From the NCBI GenBank assembly GCA_012517935.1, contig JAAYUA010000178.1, positions 9,897 through 73,896 of the forward strand: a stretch of 64,000 nt of DNA, given 5' to 3'. Positions within the stretch are counted from its first letter, which is position 1. Each line of letters begins with the position of its first letter. Below, one piece after another: positions 50,165 through 59,441 of the stretch. The translations under genes and the position numbers were made by a program. The notes beneath the pieces are model-generated. The model did no database searches and was not told where the DNA came from. It saw only the letters and a program-made list of their open reading frames with translations. This stretch comes from Acetobacter sp. Lineage in GTDB: Bacteria; Pseudomonadota; Alphaproteobacteria; Acetobacterales; Acetobacteraceae.

Positions 50165-51258
50165 CGGTAGATATGACGACGGTTTCAACCGCGGATCCGC
50201 GGTTTTTTCCCAAGCCTGATCCCATTTCCGCTGAGGAACTGGCGCGAATTTCCGGGGCGGAACTTGTTCTGCCCCGGGATGGAGAACTGCCTCCGGGTGG
50301 GTTTACCGGGATCGGACCATTGCAGGAGGCGGGACCGACCGAGGTCAGTTTTCTTGATAACCGTCGTTATGCATCCCTGCTGGATGAAACCCGAGCTGGC
50401 CTGATTATTGTAGGCAAGGCCTTTGCAAATCGGATCCCGGCGGGCAGCGCGGCTCTGGTCACATCCTCGGCTTATCTTGCGTGGTCACGCGTCGCCCGAC
50501 GTTTCTATCCTCGACCAGAGGCCAGACAGGGTCAGCATCCGTCAGCTGTGATCGATCCCTCTGCGATTGTTCATGAAACTGCGGAAATCGGTCCTTTTGC
50601 TGTGATCGGTGCCGGAGCGACGATCGGCGAACGCACGATCATCGCGGCACATGCCGTCATTGGCGACAGCGTTGTTATTGGTGCTGATTGCCGAATCGGT
50701 ACGCATGTCTCGCTTTCCCATGCACTGGTCGGGGATCGTGTGACCCTGTTCCCCGGGGCGCGTATCGGACAGGATGGCTTCGGTTTCGCTGTTGGTCCTG
50801 CCGGATTTGAAACGGTGCCTCAGCTTGGTCGTGTCATTCTGGGGAATGACGTGGAAATCGGTGCGAATGCGACGATAGATCGTGGCTCTGTGCGTGACAC
50901 GGTCATTGGTGCTGGCACCCGTCTGGATAATCTGGTGCAGATTGGACACAACACTACCTTGGGTCGGAACTGCATTGTCGTTTCACAGGCTGGTATTTCA
51001 GGGTCTACGGAGTTAGGGGACAGGGTTACGGTTGCTGCACAGGCGGGACTTATCGGGCACATCAAGATAGGTGAAGGTGCCCGTATAGGAGCGCAGTGCG
51101 GTGTGATGTCAGATGTTGACAGTGGGGCTGACGTGATTGGTAGCCCTGCCATGCCGTTTCGTGAATTTTTTCGTAATGTTGCAACATTGCGTCGTTTGTC
51201 GCGTCGTGCTTCTGGAAACACTGCAGCGGCGGGTGATGTTGCATCGGACAAGGACTGA
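50161..51258 (+). CDS. lpxD: UDP-3-O-acylglucosamine N-acyltransferase
   Basis: N-terminal LpxD domain followed by left-handed beta-helix hexapeptide repeats ('[30 protein letters not shown]'). An in-frame ATG at 50173 is also possible. Confidence 0.92.
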   Translation: MTVDMTTVSTADPRFFPKPDPISAEELARISGAELVLPRDGELPPGGFTGIGPLQEAGPTEVSFLDNRRYASLLDETRAGLIIVGKAFANRIPAGSAALVTSSAYLAWSRVARRFYPRPEARQGQHPSAVIDPSAIVHETAEIGPFAVIGAGATIGERTIIAAHAVIGDSVVIGADCRIGTHVSLSHALVGDRVTLFPGARIGQDGFGFAVGPAGFETVPQLGRVILGNDVEIGANATIDRGSVRDTVIGAGTRLDNLVQIGHNTTLGRNCIVVSQAGISGSTELGDRVTVAAQAGLIGHIKIGEGARIGAQCGVMSDVDSGADVIGSPAMPFREFFRNVATLRRLSRRASGNTAAAGDVASDKD

Positions 51259-51307
51259 TGTCTGCCGACACGAAACAGATGGCTATAGTTCAGGATGGTG
51301 TAAAAAC

Positions 51308-51799
51308 GTGGAACAGGAAGTGAGCAGCGCCGATTCAGGAAAGACCGAGGCTCCGGAAAGAGTCGAAGCCATTGATATCATGCGGATCATGGAAGCGATT
51401 CCGCATCGTTATCCTTTTCTGCTGATTGACCGCATGGTCGATATCGAACTGGGTCAGGCTGCGACAGGGATCAAGAATGTCTCGGTGAACGAACCCTTTT
51501 TCCAAGGGCATTTTCCTGCACGTCCTGTGATGCCGGGCGTATTGCTGGTCGAAGCAATGGCGCAGACAGCGGCAACTCTGGTTGTTTTGACGCTTGGTCC
51601 GGCCTTTGAAGGCAAGCTCGTTTATTTCATGACAATCGAGAACGCAAAATTCCGCCGTCCGGTCGGCCCTGGTGATCAGGTTCGGATCCGTGTCGAAAAA
51701 GAGCGCCAGCGTGCGAATGTCTGGAAATTCCGTGGGGTTGCCCAGGTCGACGGTGTATCGGTTGCTGAAGCGACATTCAGCGCGATGATTATGGGATGA
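51308..51799 (+). CDS. fabZ: 3-hydroxyacyl-ACP dehydratase FabZ
   Basis: '[13 protein letters not shown]', '[22 protein letters not shown]'. GTG 51308 preferred; the track start 51137 lies inside lpxD. Confidence 0.92.
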   Translation: MEQEVSSADSGKTEAPERVEAIDIMRIMEAIPHRYPFLLIDRMVDIELGQAATGIKNVSVNEPFFQGHFPARPVMPGVLLVEAMAQTAATLVVLTLGPAFEGKLVYFMTIENAKFRRPVGPGDQVRIRVEKERQRANVWKFRGVAQVDGVSVAEATFSAMIMG

Positions 51800-51847
51800 T
51801 CTGATAACTCTAGGGGACTGCAACCGGTCAGTTATCGGGGGCGTGCA

Positions 51848-52750
51848 ATGCAAACCATCATCAAGGGGGAGGCTCTTCTGGCTCATCCAGGGCAGACAGA
51901 TACTGGTGCCTTATCTGAATTGGCGCTGGATCAGATGATCCATCCGACAGCGATTGTAGCTCCGGGTGCACGTCTCGGGAGAGGCGTCGTGATCGGTCCG
52001 TGGTGCACGGTGGGACCAAACGTTGTGCTCGATGACAATGTGCAGCTTGTTTCGCACGTCGTCGTCGATGGTCACACACATCTTGCTGATGGTGTGAAGA
52101 TCTATCCGTTTGTTTCCGTAGGTCTCGACCCACAGGATCTCAAATATAAAGGCGAGCCTACGCGCTGTGAAATTGGTCCCCGGACTGTTGTGCGGGAACA
52201 CGTGACCATTCACAGGGGAACGGCCACAGGAACAGGTTTGACGCGCATTGGTGCGGATTGCCTGATCATGGCCAATGCACATGTTGCGCATGATTGCGAT
52301 CTTGGAGACAGGGTCATTATCGTGAACAATGTGGTCATGGGTGGCCACGTTCATATCGCTGATGATGTGCGCGTCATGGGATCAGCGGCGATCCACCAGT
52401 TCGTTCGCATTGGTCGTGCCGCCATGATCGGTGGTGTGACCGGTGTTGAAGCCGATGTCATTCCTTATGGCAGCGTCATGGGAAATCGCGCCCGTCTGGT
52501 TGGTCTGCATTGGGTCTGGTTGCGGCGCAATGGCGTGTCCTCCAGTGAGATGCATGTCATGCGGCGTGCTTTCCGGATGCTGTATCCAGCCAGAGAAACG
52601 TCCGTGTTTTCGGAACGTTTGGCACAGGTCCGCAAGGAGTTTGCGGATCACTCCCGGATCGCGGACATTCTGGCCTTTATTGATGCCCCCAGTCGCCGAG
52701 GTCTGGTGCGAGGGGTTATGGACACGTCTCCCGGAACAGATGAAGGCTGA
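51848..52750 (+). CDS. lpxA: Acyl-ACP--UDP-N-acetylglucosamine O-acyltransferase
   Basis: 'MIHPTAIVAPGARLG' followed by hexapeptide repeats. The true start may be ATG 51935, the 'MIHPTA' Met. Confidence 0.9.
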   Translation: MQTIIKGEALLAHPGQTDTGALSELALDQMIHPTAIVAPGARLGRGVVIGPWCTVGPNVVLDDNVQLVSHVVVDGHTHLADGVKIYPFVSVGLDPQDLKYKGEPTRCEIGPRTVVREHVTIHRGTATGTGLTRIGADCLIMANAHVAHDCDLGDRVIIVNNVVMGGHVHIADDVRVMGSAAIHQFVRIGRAAMIGGVTGVEADVIPYGSVMGNRARLVGLHWVWLRRNGVSSSEMHVMRRAFRMLYPARETSVFSERLAQVRKEFADHSRIADILAFIDAPSRRGLVRGVMDTSPGTDEG

Positions 52751-52809
52751 GATGATGGGGAAATATTTCCCCATTTATCCTGTTATCCACCTCAAACGGG
52801 TCATGTGCC

Positions 52810-53652
52810 ATGTCTGACAGTTTGCCTGCGCTTGGCATTCTTGCAGGTGGAGGTCCATTGCCGGGACAGGTTGCTGCCCGGGCGATGGAGCGTGGGCAGC
52901 GCGTCTTCATCGTAGGCTTCCAGGACTTTGCGGAACCTGAAGTGATTGGCGAATGGCCACACGCATGGGTAAGGCTTGCCGCCGCCGGGCAGATTCTTGC
53001 GCTTTTACGTGAACATGATTGTCGCGAACTGGTTTTGATTGGTCCGGTCAGGCGACCTTCCTTCCGTGATATTCGACCCGATGTGGAAGGAGCACGGATC
53101 CTGACGCGTTTGGGACGTGCGATTTTTTCCGGTGATGACGGCTTACTTGGCGCTCTGGTGCGGGTTTTGGGCGAGGAAGGCTTTAAGGTTCGCGGTGCTC
53201 ATGAGTTTCTGGCCTCATCCGTTGGTCATGCGGGGGCTCTTGGGCGGATCCGGCCGGATGATCGCTCCATGGATGATATCCGACGTGGCGTGAATGTTAT
53301 CCGGGTTCTGGGGCAGCTTGATATTGGTCAGGGATGCGTGGTCCAGAATGGAGTTGTGCTGACGGTCGAGGCAATGGAAGGCACAGATCGGATGCTGGAA
53401 CGTGCCGGTCAATGTCGTCAGCCCGGCGAAGGTGGAACACTGATCAAACTGCCGAAGCCAGGACAGGAGCGTCGGGCGGATTTGCCGACACTTGGACCAG
53501 AGACCGTGAAGCTGGCACATAAAGCCGGTCTTGTCGGGATTGCCTTTGAGGCAGGGGGAACGCTGTTTACCGATCAGAAGGCCTGTGTGGCGGAAGCCGA
53601 TAGGCTGGGACTGTTCCTTTTTGGGCTTGCCGGGAACAGTCAGGAAACCTAA
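52810..53652 (+). CDS. lpxI: UDP-2,3-diacylglucosamine diphosphatase LpxI (DUF1009)
   Basis: 'LGILAGGGPLPGQVA' N-terminus, 'DIGQGCVVQNG.VL.VEAMEGTD.ML'. Position directly after lpxA, as in Caulobacter. Confidence 0.85.
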   Translation: MSDSLPALGILAGGGPLPGQVAARAMERGQRVFIVGFQDFAEPEVIGEWPHAWVRLAAAGQILALLREHDCRELVLIGPVRRPSFRDIRPDVEGARILTRLGRAIFSGDDGLLGALVRVLGEEGFKVRGAHEFLASSVGHAGALGRIRPDDRSMDDIRRGVNVIRVLGQLDIGQGCVVQNGVVLTVEAMEGTDRMLERAGQCRQPGEGGTLIKLPKPGQERRADLPTLGPETVKLAHKAGLVGIAFEAGGTLFTDQKACVAEADRLGLFLFGLAGNSQET

Positions 53653-53694
53653 CCGTTGTCCGGGTTATTTTTCAGGAATGGTATCAGGGAGTTC

Positions 53695-54102
53695 ATGATG
53701 GGTACTTATCTTCACACGATGGTGCGGGTTCAGGATCTTGATAAGGCTGTGGCTTTTTACAAGCTTCTGGGGATGCATGAATTGCGTCGGCGAGAGGTTC
53801 CTGAGGGAAAGTATACATTGGTCTATCTTGGCTTTGCGGATAATGCAGCCGGGCAGGCGGAAGTGGAACTGACCTATAACTGGGGCAAGGATACACCCTA
53901 CGATCTGGGAACTGGTTTCGGGCATTTTGCGATTGGAGTGCCGGATATCAACGCGACTGTTGAAGCCATTCGTGCTGGTGGAGGCAAGGTGACACGTGAG
54001 CCGGGGCCTGTGCAGTTTGGCAAGACGGTGATTGCGTTTGTTGAAGATCCCGACGGTTACAAGATTGAGATTATCGAGTGTAAGGATGACGGAACTTTCT
54101 GA
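53695..54102 (+). CDS. gloA: Lactoylglutathione lyase (glyoxalase I)
   Basis: 'LHTMVRVQDLDKAVAFY', 'ELTYNWG', 'GFGHFAIGV', 'DPDGYKIEII'. Confidence 0.9.
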   Translation: MMGTYLHTMVRVQDLDKAVAFYKLLGMHELRRREVPEGKYTLVYLGFADNAAGQAEVELTYNWGKDTPYDLGTGFGHFAIGVPDINATVEAIRAGGGKVTREPGPVQFGKTVIAFVEDPDGYKIEIIECKDDGTF

Positions 54103-54633
54103 TTCCGGGTGTTTTTTAGCTCTGTTGCACTGATATTTTATACAAATGCCGGTAATGATCAGGGGAGGGAAGTCTCCTCTGATTAAGAATGAATATATCG
54201 ACTTCATTTGTGGTATATTTTAAAACTACTCTCTTACAATAAAAATATATTATTAATATTGTTATTTTTAAAAATATTTGAATTATATACTCATTGTTTA
54301 TTCATTTTTATTGTTAATTTTGTGGTTTTTTGAGCGCGTTGCAATCAATGGGAATATGTTTTAGTCGTCGCCTTGGTTCGGATGCGGAATAAGCTTGCGA
54401 TTAACGACGCAGCGTTCAATATCACGGGCATATATGTTTATAGCATCATGGTGTTTTGCCGGAATGTGACGGTCGTCAAATGGTGGATGGCAGGGGGATG
54501 AAGCAGGTCTCGATATGGGGACGCTATTTTATTGTCGCCGCTTTCAAAACGAGACATGCCGGGCCGCCGGAATGAGGATTGTGGCCTGTCCGGAGGTAGG
54601 GAACCATACAGGCGAGACCGAGGAGACTGCATA

Positions 54634-55968
54634 GTGGGACTGAAGAAAACAGCTTTCTGTCTATTGGCTTTGATGCCATCGACAGCTTTGGCGGCATCGC
54701 CCGAGATTGATACGGGTGATACCTCCTGGATGTTGGTCAGCACGGCTCTGGTGCTGATGATGACCATTCCAGGACTTGCTTTGTTTTATGGCGGAATGGT
54801 TCGCAAGAAGAATGTCCTTGCGACCGTCATGCAGTCTTTTGCCATTTGCTGCCTGATGTCCGTGGTCTGGATGATGGCCGGATACAGCCTTGCTTTCGGC
54901 ACGGGTAATGCCTGGATTGGCGATCTCAATCGTTTTTTCCTGAACGGGATCGGGGAGCATATTTCCAAAGGCACTGATGTCGGCTTTACGTTGGGCGCGG
55001 GATCAGGTCATGAAACTGTCATGACCATTCCTGAAAGCATCTTCATGATGTTTCAGATGACCTTTGCGATCATCACGCCGGCTCTGATTGCCGGGGCATT
55101 TGCCGAGCGGATGAAATTCGCCGCCATGATGGTGTTTTCATTGCTATGGTCCCTGATCGTTTATGCGCCGATTGCACATTGGGTCTGGAGCCCTCTGGGC
55201 TGGCTGGCTGGCCTCGGGGCTGTCGATTTTGCCGGTGGTACAGTGGTGCACATCAATGCCGGTGTCGCTGGTCTGGTGGCTGCGCTGGTTATGGGAAAAC
55301 GTCATGGATATGGACGCGATGATCTTGCGCCCTTCAACCTGACCTATGCGGTGATTGGTGCGTCTCTTCTCTGGGTGGGTTGGTTTGGTTTCAATGCAGG
55401 TTCTGCCGTCGGTGCGAATGGTCGTGCGGGCATGGCCATGGCGACAACCCAGATTGCGGCTGGTTCTGCCGGTATTTCGTGGATGGTGGTTGAATGGCTG
55501 AAGGCCGGCAAGCCAACGGTGCTGGGCATCATTTCCGGAGCTGTTGCCGGCTTGGTGGCGATCACACCTGCGGCAGGTTTCGTTCTGCCGGGTGGTGCGT
55601 TGCTGATCGGTCTGATCGCAGGTGCTGTCTGTTATTTTACGGCGACGATTCTGAAGCATATTCTCGGATATGATGACAGCCTCGATGCTTTTGGTGTGCA
55701 TGGCGTTGGCGGTATTGTTGGAGCTCTGCTGACTGGTGTGTTTGCCTATGGTCCATTGTCAGCCACAGATAGTGATCCGGTTGGCGTGACGGGCTCCCTG
55801 CATCAGGTTCTTGTGCAGGCTGAGGCGTGCGCGGTGACTATAGTCTGGTGTGCGGTGCTGACATTTATTCTCCTCAAGCTGGTGGACATGACAATTGGTT
55901 TGCGTGTCAGTCATGCAGAAGAAGTTGAAGGGCTTGACATCACGTTGCACGGCGAACGGATTGGCTGA
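54634..55968 (+). CDS. amtB: Ammonium transporter AmtB
   Basis: GTG 54634 gives the signal peptide 'VGLKKTAFCLLALMPSTALA'. Motifs 'DFAGGTVVHINAG' and 'DAFGVHGVGGIVG'. The upstream ORF extension is rejected. Confidence 0.92.
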   Translation: MGLKKTAFCLLALMPSTALAASPEIDTGDTSWMLVSTALVLMMTIPGLALFYGGMVRKKNVLATVMQSFAICCLMSVVWMMAGYSLAFGTGNAWIGDLNRFFLNGIGEHISKGTDVGFTLGAGSGHETVMTIPESIFMMFQMTFAIITPALIAGAFAERMKFAAMMVFSLLWSLIVYAPIAHWVWSPLGWLAGLGAVDFAGGTVVHINAGVAGLVAALVMGKRHGYGRDDLAPFNLTYAVIGASLLWVGWFGFNAGSAVGANGRAGMAMATTQIAAGSAGISWMVVEWLKAGKPTVLGIISGAVAGLVAITPAAGFVLPGGALLIGLIAGAVCYFTATILKHILGYDDSLDAFGVHGVGGIVGALLTGVFAYGPLSATDSDPVGVTGSLHQVLVQAEACAVTIVWCAVLTFILLKLVDMTIGLRVSHAEEVEGLDITLHGERIG

Positions 55969-56058
55969 TGGTCCATTGTGAAGCCCGGGTCTGTTTGCGA
56001 TCCGGGTTATAAAATATTATTCAGACTCTCGGAGGTAAGCCGGGAGGTCTGAAATCAA

Positions 56059-57339
56059 ATGAGGCAGACAGCGAAAGCTGGGAGTTTCCGCGCTTTTTTA
56101 ATCTGCACGGGTCTATCTGCGAGTGTAGTGTGCCTTTTGTCGGTGACCGGCGAAGTGGCGCAGGCGCAGATATTCCCCTTCAAAGATGCCGTTTCCAGTG
56201 AATGGTTGAAAGACGTGTCCGTCAAAGGGCTGATTGAAGGTGGGATAATGGCCAATCCTGCCCGCCCATCTGACGGCATGAATTATGGAAATTTTTTTGC
56301 AGATCATGCCAATCAGATGCAGCTTAATCAGTTGAATCTGACGGTTTCGAAGGCTGTCGATCAGTCCCGGAACGACTATCAGATCGGTTTTGTTCTGGAA
56401 GCTCTCTATGGTTCAGATGCCCGCTATTATCACCTTCTGGGTGTGAGTGGCCGGATGACATCTCTGCGTTATCAATTAATTCCGGCTCAGGCGCATGTGG
56501 ATGTGCATTTGCCGTGGCTTACGAAAAATGGCCTTGATATGGAGGCGGGGATCCTTCAGTCCCCAATGGGCGTCGAAGGTCTTGATCCGTCCAGTCGGCC
56601 TTTTTACACGCTTGCGTATACTTCACAGTATTCAGTGCCATTTGAACATGTCGGCGCATTGTTTCATTGGCATGCCGCGCCGAAAATTGATGTCAATTTC
56701 GGTATTGATACCGGAAATCAGACAACTTTCGGGAAGAGCGATGATAACGACGAACCCGCAGGTTATTTTGGTGTCACATTTCATGATCTTTTGAATGGCA
56801 AGCTCAAAATTACGGAATTGTCTCGTGTCGGGCCGGAAGATCAGATAAGGGTATTCGGGCGGCGGGCTGCGAATGCAAAAGAGCGTTTCTGGAATGACTT
56901 GTCCGGGACATATCAGATCAATGAACGTCTGAGTGTTACCGGGGAGTTTAATTACCTGCATGATGCAGGGCTCAGAGCGGACACATATAGTTTCATATCC
57001 TTCCTGCAATATCAGATTCTGCCTGAACTGAACTTCAATTTTCGTGGCGAAATTTATCGTGACAATACAGGTTTGTTCGTTGCGACGTTTCTCAGCAATC
57101 AAGGCGCTGTGGATGCAATAGCAGGCATAAACACGCCCACGCTTTCTGCTCCACCGACGACTTATGGAGAAATGACATTAGGTCTTACCTGGCATCCAGA
57201 TATAGGACATGGCGTCAGGGTATTTGAAATTCGTCCGGAAATTCGTTTTGACAGATCATTGAACGGTACGACGCCTTTTAACGGTAGTAGAAACTCGGGG
57301 ATGTTTACCTTCGGTGGGGATGCCATGATCGGGTTCTGA
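56059..57339 (+). CDS. Outer-membrane beta-barrel protein (OmpL-like/porin-type)
   Basis: Signal peptide ending 'VAQAQ', alternating amphipathic beta-strand pattern, C-terminal 'FGGDAMIGF' with terminal Phe. Family not verified. Confidence 0.75.
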   Translation: MRQTAKAGSFRAFLICTGLSASVVCLLSVTGEVAQAQIFPFKDAVSSEWLKDVSVKGLIEGGIMANPARPSDGMNYGNFFADHANQMQLNQLNLTVSKAVDQSRNDYQIGFVLEALYGSDARYYHLLGVSGRMTSLRYQLIPAQAHVDVHLPWLTKNGLDMEAGILQSPMGVEGLDPSSRPFYTLAYTSQYSVPFEHVGALFHWHAAPKIDVNFGIDTGNQTTFGKSDDNDEPAGYFGVTFHDLLNGKLKITELSRVGPEDQIRVFGRRAANAKERFWNDLSGTYQINERLSVTGEFNYLHDAGLRADTYSFISFLQYQILPELNFNFRGEIYRDNTGLFVATFLSNQGAVDAIAGINTPTLSAPPTTYGEMTLGLTWHPDIGHGVRVFEIRPEIRFDRSLNGTTPFNGSRNSGMFTFGGDAMIGF

Positions 57340-57472
57340 GCCACATGTTTCCCGGGATTGATCTGGTTGCCTGATACGGGCTGGGCATGTGGCTGATTGT
57401 AGTATTTCAGAACGGGAAGCTCTTCCCTCGAGTTTATTGCCTATATAACGATATAATTATATAGACTTCTTT

Positions 57473-58414
57473 ATGTCTTCGGTTCTTTCACTTTTTCAGG
57501 CTTTGGCAGATCCTACTCGCCTCAGAATTCTGGCTCTGTTGCGGGCTATGGAGCTTTCTGTCGGTGAATTGGCGCAGGTCCTGGGGCAAAGTCAGCCGCG
57601 TGTCTCCCGTCATGTGAAAACATTGCTTCAGTCGGAATTGATTTCCCGTCGCAGGGAAGGCAACTGGATCTTTCTCATGGTTGGAGAAGATGCGCTTATC
57701 GGGCCTGCGCTTGCAGCTATGGATGCATGGCCGGAAGGTGATCTTGGTGAGCTGCTTCGAACGGATGCCGTGCGCCTTAAGGCAATAAGTGTGGCGCGGG
57801 TTGAAGCAGCGCAGGAATTTTTCGAAACACATGCCTCCGTTTGGGATGCCATCCGTTCGCGTCATGTTCCGGAAACCGCAGTCGAACGTGAGATCCTGAA
57901 TCTTGTCGGAGCAGGCCGGACAGTCTCACTTGTCGATATCGGCACGGGGACGGGACGGATGTTGGAACTGTTGGCCGGACAGGCAGACAGCCTGACGGGT
58001 TTTGATCGCAGCCCGTCGATGCTGCGTCTGGCTCGTGCTCGTCTGCTGGAAGCCGGGGTCACGCATGCGGATGTGAGGCAGGGTGATTTTTATGCTCTGC
58101 CATTGCCGGATGCCAGTGCTGATCTGGCGATCATGCATCAGGTTTTACATCATGCGCATCAACCGATAGCGGCTCTGACAGAGGCAGCCCGGATTCTAAA
58201 GCCGGGGGGGCGTTTTCTTCTGGTTGATTTTGGGTCACATGATCAGGAATCCTTCCGGCAGATCTATGCCCATGTTCATCTTGGCTTTTCAGGAGCACAG
58301 ATGGAAAAGCTGTTCAGTCGTGCCGGTCTGGATATCGTCAGGTTCGTTGCCTTGGACGGTGATCTGACCGTGTGCCTGTGGTTGGCGGAAAAGCCGATAG
58401 TTGCACGGGACTGA
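57473..58414 (+). CDS. ArsR-family wHTH fused to a class I SAM-methyltransferase-like domain (SahR-like regulator)
   Basis: N-terminal 'LADPTRLRILALL....LSVGELAQVLGQSQPRVSRHVKTL' (ArsR HTH). C-terminal 'VDIGTGTGRML' SAM-binding motif I. 39 nt upstream of metF. Confidence 0.8.
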   Translation: MSSVLSLFQALADPTRLRILALLRAMELSVGELAQVLGQSQPRVSRHVKTLLQSELISRRREGNWIFLMVGEDALIGPALAAMDAWPEGDLGELLRTDAVRLKAISVARVEAAQEFFETHASVWDAIRSRHVPETAVEREILNLVGAGRTVSLVDIGTGTGRMLELLAGQADSLTGFDRSPSMLRLARARLLEAGVTHADVRQGDFYALPLPDASADLAIMHQVLHHAHQPIAALTEAARILKPGGRFLLVDFGSHDQESFRQIYAHVHLGFSGAQMEKLFSRAGLDIVRFVALDGDLTVCLWLAEKPIVARD

Positions 58415-58453
58415 TGGTCCTGATTTGGTCTTCCTTGGAAAAGAGTTTTTCTT

Positions 58454-59332
58454 ATGACGTTTCAGACTACAGTTGACCGTGAAGCCTCGCGTCAGAAACC
58501 GCGTGTTTCTTTCGAGTTTTTCCCTGCAAAAAGTGAGAAGAGCATGGGAGCTCTTCTGGCTGCGGCAGAAGAAATTGCTCCAGTGAAACCTGCGTTTTTC
58601 TCCATGACATATGGCGCAGGCGGTTCGACGCGCGATCGGTCGTTGGAAGCTGTTGAAAAGCTGGTCAACCTTGGAAGTGTTCCGGTTGCAGGTCATTTGA
58701 CCTGCGTTGATGCATCGAGAGAGACGGTCGATGAGGTTGCCCGGAGTTATCTGCGCGCGGGTGTAAAACATATTGTTGCGCTTCGCGGTGACTCATCCGA
58801 AGTCGGGAAGCCCTTCACGCCGCATCCGGATGGTTATCGGAATGCAGCGGATCTGGTTGCTGGCCTGAAAAAGATTGCCGACTTTGAAATCTCTGTTGCG
58901 GCTTATCCGGAAATGCATCCTGAGGCACGCAGCCCGGAGGCGGATCTGGACAATCTGAAAGCCAAGATCGACGCCGGAGCAACGCGTGCGATCACACAGT
59001 TTTTCTTTGAAGCCGAGACGTTTTTACGCTTCCGCGATCGCGCCGCTGCGGTGGGGATTACGGTTCCGATTGTGCCCGGGATTTTGCCAGTCGCGAGCGT
59101 GACACAGGCATGGAAATTTGCGGAGATGTGTGGTGCTCATGTGCCAGATCATCTCAGGACGATGTTTGACGGTCTAGATGAGCAGCCATCGGTTCGCCAT
59201 CTGGTGACCACTGCTGTCGCCGGACAAATGTGTCTGGAACTTCAGAAGAATGGTGTGGATGATTTCCACTTTTATACACTGAACAAGGCAACGCCCTCTT
59301 TGGCGATCTGTCGTCTGCTTGGCGTGAGTTGA
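58454..59332 (+). CDS. metF: Methylenetetrahydrofolate reductase
   Basis: 'SFEFFP', 'FSMTYGAGGSTR', 'HLTC', 'ALRGD', 'HFYTLN'. Confidence 0.93.
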   Translation: MTFQTTVDREASRQKPRVSFEFFPAKSEKSMGALLAAAEEIAPVKPAFFSMTYGAGGSTRDRSLEAVEKLVNLGSVPVAGHLTCVDASRETVDEVARSYLRAGVKHIVALRGDSSEVGKPFTPHPDGYRNAADLVAGLKKIADFEISVAAYPEMHPEARSPEADLDNLKAKIDAGATRAITQFFFEAETFLRFRDRAAAVGITVPIVPGILPVASVTQAWKFAEMCGAHVPDHLRTMFDGLDEQPSVRHLVTTAVAGQMCLELQKNGVDDFHFYTLNKATPSLAICRLLGVS

Positions 59333-59441
59333 TCGCTGCTGCCCTGAAGAATTCTTTCTGTTGTATATCAGGAAGATGTGAATGAAATCTGCGAAGCAGT
59401 GACGGTCATTTTTTATTTTTTCTTTTCCGGGATAAGGACGT

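Noticed and set aside
54341-54633. A search for a sigma-54 (-24 TGGCAC / -12 TTGC) promoter, NtrC sites or a glnK gene upstream of amtB.
   Set aside because: No GG-N10-GC element with correct spacing was found by eye; TGGTGTTTTGCC near 54448 is too short. The only ORF there is the junk-like extension of amtB itself.
57340-57440. GCCACATG…CATGTGGC long-range pairing and a GGGAAG-CT-CTTCCC mini-palindrome after the porin gene, considered as a terminator or sRNA.
   Set aside because: The first has a loop of about 36 nt and no U-tract. The second has a 2-nt loop and only a weak T-run. There is not enough evidence to call a feature.
58415-58453. A possible SAM-II or other riboswitch in front of metF.
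   Set aside because: The spacer is only 39 nt, too short for any known SAM riboswitch. Regulation is more plausibly protein-based through the adjacent SahR-like gene.
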